NCBI GenBank assembly: GCA_018400565.1
Contig: JAGYMP010000194.1
Coordinates: forward strand, 1 to 50,065
Length of the DNA stretch: 50,065 bases
Direction: 5' to 3'
Origin: Bacilli bacterium
GTDB lineage: Bacteria; Bacillota_I; Bacilli_A; Izemoplasmatales; Hujiaoplasmataceae
Of this stretch, positions 44,087-50,065 are shown one piece after another. A program made the position numbers and the translations under genes. Each line of letters opens with the position of its first letter. The first letter of the stretch is position 1. The notes beneath the pieces are model-generated. The model ran no database searches. It worked only from the letters and a program-made list of their open reading frames with translations, and was not told the DNA's origin.

Positions 44087-44102
44087 TTATATCGTTTATA
44101 AT
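44074..44102 (+). promoter_or_regulatory. sigma-A-type promoter of clpB: TTGACA-17-TATAAT
   Basis: -35 TTGACA at 44074-44079 spans the CIRCE spacer/right arm. -10 TATAAT at 44097-44102. Confidence 0.7.
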
Positions 44103-44130
44103 AGGAGTGATATGAAAAGAGGTGAAACAC

Positions 44131-46257
44131 ATGATGCCACAAATGGAGAATTATGAACAAGATCCGAACATCCTGAAAAAGTTCGGACGCATTATCAATG
44201 ATGAAGTAAAAAGCGGCAAAATCGACCCCGTGATCGGCCGGGAGGAAGAAATCCGGCGTATCATCAAAATCTTGAGCCGCCGCACTAAAAACAATCCGGT
44301 GTTGATCGGTGAACCGGGCGTCGGTAAAACCGCAATCGTCGAAGGACTCGCCAGACGCATTGTCGATCGGGATGTCCCCGTCGGTTTGGAAAACAAAACG
44401 ATTTATGAACTCGACTTGTCGAGTCTCGTCGCAGGCGCTAAATTCCGCGGCGAATTTGAAGAACGCCTCAAAGCTGTTCTCAAAAAAGTGAAGGAATCGC
44501 AAGGCGACATTGTGATGTTCATCGATGAGATACATATGATCGTCGGCGCAGGAAAGACCGAAGGCGCCATGGATGCCGGAAACATGTTGAAACCCATGCT
44601 CGCACGGGGAGAATTACACTGCATCGGTGCGACAACGCTTGATGAATACCGCAAACACATCGAAAAAGACAATGCTTTGGAACGTCGTTTTCAAAAAATC
44701 TTGATCGATGAACCAAGTGTCGAAGATACCATTAGTATCTTAAGAGGTTTAAAAGATCGTTTTGAAGCCCATCACGGCGTGCACATCAACGACAATGCCA
44801 TTATCGCGGCCGCAACACTTTCGAACCGCTACATCACCGACCGGTTCCTGCCGGACAAGGCTATCGATTTAATCGACGAGGCTTGTGCTTCGGTTCGCAT
44901 GGAAATCGATTCCATGCCTGCTGAACTCGATGATGTGACACGTAAACTCATGCAACTCGAGATTGAAAAGCGTGCGCTTGAAAAAGAAAGCGATGCCATG
45001 TCAAAAGAACGTCTTCAAAATATAAAAGACGAACTGAAAGCATTGAAAAATGAAGAAAAAACCATCCGAAAGAAATGGGAAAAGGAAAAACATGAACTTG
45101 AGGATACCAAGACGCTGAAAGCTGAACTCGAAGAGAAACGGAATGCATTACAAAATGCGTTCAACGATAATGACTACTCAAAAGCGGCTGAGATCCAATA
45201 CAAGCAAATCCCCGATCTCGAAAAGGAACTGGAGAAGAAACAATCCACGACCAACCACACATACATCACAGAAACGGTGAGTGAGGACCAGATTGCCGGT
45301 ATTGTCGCCAATTGGACGCATATTCCTGTCCAAAAACTCATGAAAGGTGACAAAGAACGGTTGATCAACCTGTATGACAACCTCAAACAACGTGTCAAAG
45401 GCCAGGATAGTGCCGTCAAACTGGTGTCAGACGCCATTATACGACAGCGCGCCGGGATCAAAAACGAAACCCGTCCCATCGGATCGTTTCTGTTTTTGGG
45501 ACCCACAGGCGTCGGTAAAACCGAGGTCGCACGGGCCCTGGCGGAACAATTGTTCGCATCCGAACAACAGATGGTTCGCATCGACATGAGTGAGTACATG
45601 GAACAATATTCCGTGTCACGTCTCATCGGTGCCCCGCCGGGTTATGTCGGCTATGACGAGGGCGGCCAACTGACCGAACAAGTCCGCAGAAAACCGTACT
45701 CCATCGTGTTATTCGATGAATTCGAAAAAGCACATCCGGAGGTCATCAACATCCTTCTGCAAATTTTGGAAGACGGAAGGTTGACCGATAATCAGGGACG
45801 TACCGTCGATTTCAGAAACACGATCATCATCATGACATCGAACATCGGCAGCCAGGTATTGCTTGAAGGAACCGATGAGGCCAAAGAAACTGTGATGAAC
45901 AAAGTACGGTCGTCGTTCAAACCCGAATTCATCAACCGCATCGACGAAATTGCGATTTTCGACCCACTTGATTATGATACACAAATCAAAATCGTCGACA
46001 AGATGCTTTATGAACTTAAACAACGGCTCGAACAAGAACAGCTTAACGTTCGTTTCACAAAAACAGCCAAAGAAGCAATCATCGAAATGGCTTACGACAA
46101 ACAATACGGAGCACGACCCTTAAAACGATTCATCCAACGCCACATCGAAACGTTGATCGCACGCAATGTGATCGAATCGAACGTCGTTCCCAAAGAACAT
46201 TACGAAATCGATTATGATAACAATGAATTCAATATAAAAAAGCTTCGGACCGCATAA
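44131..46257 (+). CDS. clpB: ClpB disaggregase lacking the N-terminal (Clp_N) domain
   Basis: Begins at the equivalent of the NBD1 linker ([30 protein letters not shown]). Walker A GEPGVGKT. Coiled-coil M domain. Second Walker [13 protein letters not shown] 44131 lies 8 nt after the AGAGG SD. Confidence 0.9.
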   Translation: MMPQMENYEQDPNILKKFGRIINDEVKSGKIDPVIGREEEIRRIIKILSRRTKNNPVLIGEPGVGKTAIVEGLARRIVDRDVPVGLENKTIYELDLSSLVAGAKFRGEFEERLKAVLKKVKESQGDIVMFIDEIHMIVGAGKTEGAMDAGNMLKPMLARGELHCIGATTLDEYRKHIEKDNALERRFQKILIDEPSVEDTISILRGLKDRFEAHHGVHINDNAIIAAATLSNRYITDRFLPDKAIDLIDEACASVRMEIDSMPAELDDVTRKLMQLEIEKRALEKESDAMSKERLQNIKDELKALKNEEKTIRKKWEKEKHELEDTKTLKAELEEKRNALQNAFNDNDYSKAAEIQYKQIPDLEKELEKKQSTTNHTYITETVSEDQIAGIVANWTHIPVQKLMKGDKERLINLYDNLKQRVKGQDSAVKLVSDAIIRQRAGIKNETRPIGSFLFLGPTGVGKTEVARALAEQLFASEQQMVRIDMSEYMEQYSVSRLIGAPPGYVGYDEGGQLTEQVRRKPYSIVLFDEFEKAHPEVINILLQILEDGRLTDNQGRTVDFRNTIIIMTSNIGSQVLLEGTDEAKETVMNKVRSSFKPEFINRIDEIAIFDPLDYDTQIKIVDKMLYELKQRLEQEQLNVRFTKTAKEAIIEMAYDKQYGARPLKRFIQRHIETLIARNVIESNVVPKEHYEIDYDNNEFNIKKLRTA

Positions 46258-46273
46258 GATCCGAAGCTTTTTT
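46236..46273. terminator. bidirectional terminator between convergent clpB and the PAS-GGDEF gene
   Basis: A6-GCTTCGGA-ccgcataaga-TCCGAAGC-T6. Confidence 0.8.
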
Positions 46274-46291
46274 ATGATTGATCTGTTTTCA

Positions 46292-49042
46292 TTATTCATT
46301 CGCACACGCATCGACCATCGCCGGATCAAACGCTTTTCCACGGTCCTTTTTGAGATGCTCAACGATGACAGGGGTTATGCGCGGTTTATCTTCAGCAGTG
46401 TCAATGTCAAACCTCGAACATGCTTTTGCGATCGCAAGAATCCTTGAGAGTTTTGGTATGTCTTTTTCTTTTAATCCGTTTGGATATCCTTTACCGTCCC
46501 AGCGTTCATTCTGATGCATGATGATGTCCGCAAGATCCTGATGTTTTTTGGAAGAGACCAGAATGCGATAAGCTATCTGAGGATGTGAACGTCCCGCGTT
46601 GTCATCCCCGGGCGACAATGGGTTGTTCTTTTGCAACATCACTTCGTCTATGCCGTATTTTCCAATGTGATGGTATTTACAAACACGGTTCAACTTATCC
46701 GTTTTTTGTTCATTCAGGCCAAGCCGTGAACCGATAATTTTTGCGTATTGGCATAAACGATCCACAAATCTCTTTTCATCCGGATACATTTCAAAAAATT
46801 GATTGACCATCTCATCGACGACATCATGATTACGGTAATAGTTGATTTTCTCTTCATACATCCTTCTCTCTGCTTCTTTATACATCGCTTCAATGGAAAT
46901 GTTTTGATCCGTCGAGGTCGACAAACCTAATGCAAGAGAAACCCTGACTCCCTTTGTCTTAATACCGGCAATCGCTTTTGTGATTTTTCTGAGAAATCGC
47001 TTTGCTTTTTTCTCGTTGGTGTCCGGCATGATGAAAACAAATTCATCACCGCCGATTCTGGCGATGAAATGCGATGCGGCCAAATGTTCTTTTAAGATGT
47101 CCGACACTTTTTTCAAAAGACGGTCCCCGTAGTCGTGGCCGAAGGCATCATTCGTCAGTTTGAGATTATTGATGTCTGCCATCACGAGCGTGACCGGTGA
47201 ATGTTTGTTTTGTTTCAGCAGATATTCATCAAAGGCGCGCCGGTTGTAAAGATCGGTCAGATGATCGCGGCGTGAGACTTCAGAGAGACTCTTTTCTTTG
47301 TTAATGCGTTCCGTCACATCCTGATGGATACCGCTTAAGACAAGGGGATTGCCATCTTGGTCATGTTCACACACGCGTCCTTTGTCAAAAACCCATACAT
47401 AACCGCCGTCTTTATGTCTCATCCGATACTCACATTGATAAACCCCGGTGTCCCCGTTGATGTGTTTTTGCAGGTTCTTGAGAACATAGGAAAGATCATC
47501 CGGATGCACGAGGTTTTGCCAACGGTCATAATCGACGGTTGTCTCGCCTTCAAACGAATAACCGAGCATTGTCAGCCATCTGGCATTGATGGTAACTGTC
47601 TTTTTCTTAAGATTCCATCGCCAAACGGCGATATCTGTCGCTTCGAAGACTTTTTCAAGCATGTCTTTTTTTCTTTGCATGTCTTTCTCGGTTTGCTTGA
47701 TTGCAGTCACATCACGGCTCATCAGCACCAATTCATGTTCCCGGTTATAAAACATCTTCACCGAAAGAAACAACTCATCATCTCGGTTTATGTCAAAGTT
47801 TGTTTGCTTTGTTTCGTCCAAATCCTTTTTGATGTGATCAAACCAAGCATTGTCTCGGTCAGACATAAACCGTTTGAGCGGATGACCGATGATACGGTTT
47901 TTTCTCATGTCGAAATGGGTCCGGAAACTGCGGTTGCAAAAAACAAGTGTCCGATCCTGAAACCCATCATCGCCAGAAAACACACCGATGCCCTCGGTCA
48001 TGTTAATAACAAGGTCGCGGGTTCTTTTTTGAATTTTCTTTAAACGTTGCTTTGCTTCAATTGTCGCTGAAAGATCGACCATGTACACATGAATGTACAA
48101 ATCTCCTTCGTCTGTGAACGGAGCTGATGACACATCTGCATATGCGATGGATCCGTCCAACGTTTTAAAGGCATATTGCAAGTGGGGATTCGGCGTCATG
48201 TCCCGTGTGATTTTTTCAATTCGTTTTTTGTAGACAGGAATGTATTCATCCGTGATGAGGTCGACGACTTCCACGCCAATCAAGTCGGTGGGTGACTCCG
48301 CTTTGAAAAAACGGACGCAAGCCGGATTGGCGTAAACAATCCTACCGTCTTTGTCGATGTAGACCGGATCTGGATCGTTTTCGATTAAATTCTCGTATTT
48401 GGCTCTTTCAGTTTCCTGAGCGATGATGGCTTGTCTCATTTTTGATATATCTTCAATATAGCCTTCCAAATATGCAGCATGTTTTTCACTGTCATAAACG
48501 GCCCTTCCGGTTTCACGCACCCACAGCAACTCCCGGTTCTTTGTGATGATCCGATACTCGATATCAACAGCCTGTTCGCTTTCAACTGCTTTATCCCATG
48601 CTTTCCTGACTCTAGCGCGATCAAGGGGATGAATGACTTCCTTGAAGCCAACAACGGTGTTGTCAAGCAATGCACCACATTCATAACCCGTGAGTTCTTT
48701 TGTACCTTCCGAGACGAATTTCATCGTCCAGTTTGCATCATAAAGGCATCGGTAAGCCATACCAGGGAAGTGATCGACAAGGGATTCAGAATGGTTGTGC
48801 AGTGGTGTTCTGTCGTTATTCCTTCTTCTTTTCAGGTAATGTATCATATAATGCATGCCGGCATACAAAACAATGACACCGATGACGATTATTCCCGCAT
48901 AAAAAACCACATCCCATGGTTGAACAATCAACAATGGTATGTGGTTTAGTTTCATGTAATATGAAAATGACATAGTCATTTCGATCAACACGATGTCCCC
49001 ATCCCTTTTATTAATTATAGCCGATTGCATCTCGAAAAACAA
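46292..49042 (-). CDS. membrane-anchored multi-PAS / GGDEF / HD-GYP-like c-di-GMP signalling protein
   Basis: N-terminal TM (VVFYAGIIVIGVIVLYA). About 4 PAS units. Diguanylate cyclase (DHLTDLYNRRAF...ARIGGDEFVF). C-terminal HD-GYP-like region (YHHIGKYGI...HQNERWDGKGYPNGL). Start uncertain: TTG 49042, or ATG at 49030, 48979 or 48955. Confidence 0.85.
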   Translation of the reverse strand: MFFEMQSAIINKRDGDIVLIEMTMSFSYYMKLNHIPLLIVQPWDVVFYAGIIVIGVIVLYAGMHYMIHYLKRRRNNDRTPLHNHSESLVDHFPGMAYRCLYDANWTMKFVSEGTKELTGYECGALLDNTVVGFKEVIHPLDRARVRKAWDKAVESEQAVDIEYRIITKNRELLWVRETGRAVYDSEKHAAYLEGYIEDISKMRQAIIAQETERAKYENLIENDPDPVYIDKDGRIVYANPACVRFFKAESPTDLIGVEVVDLITDEYIPVYKKRIEKITRDMTPNPHLQYAFKTLDGSIAYADVSSAPFTDEGDLYIHVYMVDLSATIEAKQRLKKIQKRTRDLVINMTEGIGVFSGDDGFQDRTLVFCNRSFRTHFDMRKNRIIGHPLKRFMSDRDNAWFDHIKKDLDETKQTNFDINRDDELFLSVKMFYNREHELVLMSRDVTAIKQTEKDMQRKKDMLEKVFEATDIAVWRWNLKKKTVTINARWLTMLGYSFEGETTVDYDRWQNLVHPDDLSYVLKNLQKHINGDTGVYQCEYRMRHKDGGYVWVFDKGRVCEHDQDGNPLVLSGIHQDVTERINKEKSLSEVSRRDHLTDLYNRRAFDEYLLKQNKHSPVTLVMADINNLKLTNDAFGHDYGDRLLKKVSDILKEHLAASHFIARIGGDEFVFIMPDTNEKKAKRFLRKITKAIAGIKTKGVRVSLALGLSTSTDQNISIEAMYKEAERRMYEEKINYYRNHDVVDEMVNQFFEMYPDEKRFVDRLCQYAKIIGSRLGLNEQKTDKLNRVCKYHHIGKYGIDEVMLQKNNPLSPGDDNAGRSHPQIAYRILVSSKKHQDLADIIMHQNERWDGKGYPNGLKEKDIPKLSRILAIAKACSRFDIDTAEDKPRITPVIVEHLKKDRGKAFDPAMVDACANE

Positions 49043-49056
49043 CCGACCATCAAGAA

Positions 49057-49590
49057 TTAAGAATGGTTTTTCTCAATTACCTCTTCTTTGTCTTCGACAA
49101 ATTCCAAAACATCCCTGAAGGGACGGTAAAACAAAAACACAGTGACAAGATTCGATGCCGCAAGCATCAATTCAAATGGTACATCGGCCACAAGATAGGG
49201 CCATAGTATACCAATACCCTGTTCCATGATCCGAATGGGGATAAATGACCAAGAATAGATAAACGCATGAATCACAGCAACCAAAACGATCATCCAAAAC
49301 GAGCGGTGTCTAATCGCACGTGCGACAAGCGCAAGCAATAGCCAGGAAAAAAGCATGGGCACGGTATAATATGAGAAAAACGTGCCCATGATGAATCCGT
49401 CAATAACGACATATCCCGAAACCAGCACCAAAAGCAGCGGCAATGGCAATACTGCGGCATACACCATGATCAATACCGTTGTAAGCTGGACATTGGGAAT
49501 GAACATCAAAACTTCTTCCTGGACGACCAACACGGAAAGAAGCATCGCCGTCAATGTAATGGTTCTCACGTTGATCTTGCCGTGTTTCAT
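49057..49590 (-). CDS. small 6-TM membrane protein, ECF-transporter S-component-like (putative cobalamin-specific)
   Basis: 177 aa, about 6 hydrophobic helices. 1-nt TAATG overlap with the upstream DUF4430-like lipoprotein gene. Lies downstream of a B12-box leader. The family call rests on context, not on a recognised motif. Confidence 0.45.
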   Translation of the reverse strand: MKHGKINVRTITLTAMLLSVLVVQEEVLMFIPNVQLTTVLIMVYAAVLPLPLLLVLVSGYVVIDGFIMGTFFSYYTVPMLFSWLLLALVARAIRHRSFWMIVLVAVIHAFIYSWSFIPIRIMEQGIGILWPYLVADVPFELMLAASNLVTVFLFYRPFRDVLEFVEDKEEVIEKNHS

Positions 49591-50006
49591 TATTCGATCA
49601 ATTCATATTTGAGTTGGTAGACAGACCCGTCTATCAAATCGGCTTCGGAAATGCCCGTTGTCGCATAATCGCCGTCGATATAAAAACCGATGTAGCCTTC
49701 ATTATCGAAAGCCTGCACGTCATCGACGCCCATGACGTAAACACCATATTGGGTTTCATAATCACAGGTCTCATCGGGTTCCCCTGATTCGTTTTGGCAA
49801 TACACGGTGAAGTTGTCTTGCAACAACTCAAAAAAAGTGTCCCCTTCGACAAAGGGGATTTCCTTTTCTTCCACCAATGCGCCTTCTTCGTCATACAGTT
49901 CAATGGTGATGGCGCCGTCGCTTGTTGCATAAGGATCCGAACCGCATGCAACCAAAAACGAAAACACCCCTAAGAACAGCAAAAAGCCCAGTACAATTCT
50001 TTTCAT
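49590..50006 (-). CDS. lipoprotein with DUF4430-like (transcobalamin-like) domain
   Basis: ATG 50006 lies 6 nt after the GGGAG SD. Lipobox FLVAC. C-terminal pattern GFYIDGDYATTGISEADLIDGSVYQLKY resembles the DUF4430 ending. Confidence 0.55.
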   Translation of the reverse strand: MKRIVLGFLLFLGVFSFLVACGSDPYATSDGAITIELYDEEGALVEEKEIPFVEGDTFFELLQDNFTVYCQNESGEPDETCDYETQYGVYVMGVDDVQAFDNEGYIGFYIDGDYATTGISEADLIDGSVYQLKYELIE

Positions 50007-50027
50007 TGTTTTCTCCCTTTCATTCAA

Positions 50028-50065
50028 TTTTTTGGCAATAGGTAGGTCTCCCGGCTTCGTTCGAT
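50028..50065 (-). promoter_or_regulatory. 3' part of a cobalamin (B12) riboswitch, truncated by the window edge
   Basis: Minus strand reads ATCGAACGAAGCCGGGAGACCTACCTATTGCC. AAGCCGGGAGACCTACC (50041-50057) matches the B12-box consensus rAGYCMGgAgaCCkGCc at all but 2 positions. It sits directly upstream of the lipoprotein/S-component pair. Confidence 0.5.

Noticed and set aside
44112-44156. 14-codon upstream ORF ([14 protein letters not shown]) overlapping the clpB start out of frame
   Set aside because: Its apparent SD (AGGAG, 44103-44107) lies upstream of the transcription start predicted from the TATAAT at 44097-44102. It would therefore not be in the mRNA. No conservation evidence is available.
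1-50065. Mollicute genetic code 4 (UGA=Trp), CRISPR arrays, tRNA/rRNA genes, IS elements or prophage remnants
   Set aside because: TGA terminates many well-defined genes at family-typical lengths (e.g. efp, the M20 peptidase, the desulfurase, the ymcA-family gene). No spaced direct repeats, cloverleaf-like segments, transposase/integrase ORFs or terminal inverted repeats were seen in the intergenic regions or the ORF track.

Overview
Chromosomal, mostly housekeeping 50-kb segment of a Bacillota (Firmicutes)-type genome. It uses the standard genetic code: TGA closes many of the long ORFs. I call 44 protein-coding genes, one cut by the left edge. Forty are on the minus strand, tightly packed with many start/stop overlaps. 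The backbone is cmk-rpsA-der-hup, efp, and a block collinear (from memory) with Bacillus subtilis pgsA-recA-rny-ymdB-miaB-ymcA-(cotE slot)-mutS-mutL-miaA. Then come yebC/cvfB, addBA, cysEK and clpB. I recognised no rRNA, tRNA, CRISPR array, transposase, integrase or phage-like gene. Regulatory signals visible in the sequence: three CIRCE (HrcA operator) inverted repeats, two before an hsp20 gene and one before clpB, sitting in near-identical consensus sigma-A promoters; the 3' part of a cobalamin riboswitch (B12 box) at the right edge, upstream of a DUF4430-like lipoprotein and an ECF-S-like membrane protein; and about ten intrinsic terminators. Nothing here looks like a defence island. Items worth a second look: (1) a start/stop-overlapped operon lpd-sirtuin-nifS-thioredoxin-(exported CxxC domain fused to a CcdA/DsbD-like membrane domain)-cysE-cysK, with a Cys-less peroxiredoxin-like gene divergent from it; (2) two cytoplasmic Sel1-repeat proteins apparently co-transcribed with addBA; (3) two coupled unassigned membrane proteins plus a membrane-anchored M20 peptidase and a class-C-like serine hydrolase; (4) a tail-anchored, very acidic protein with HeH/SAP-like motifs in the slot that holds cotE in B. 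subtilis; (5) a ClpB without N-domain and a compact AddB without Walker A; (6) a PAS-GGDEF protein with a degenerate HD-GYP domain that may be read through from the riboswitch-controlled operon. All family assignments are by-eye motif recognition with no database search. Start codons were chosen from Shine-Dalgarno (SD) spacing and may differ from the ORF track.
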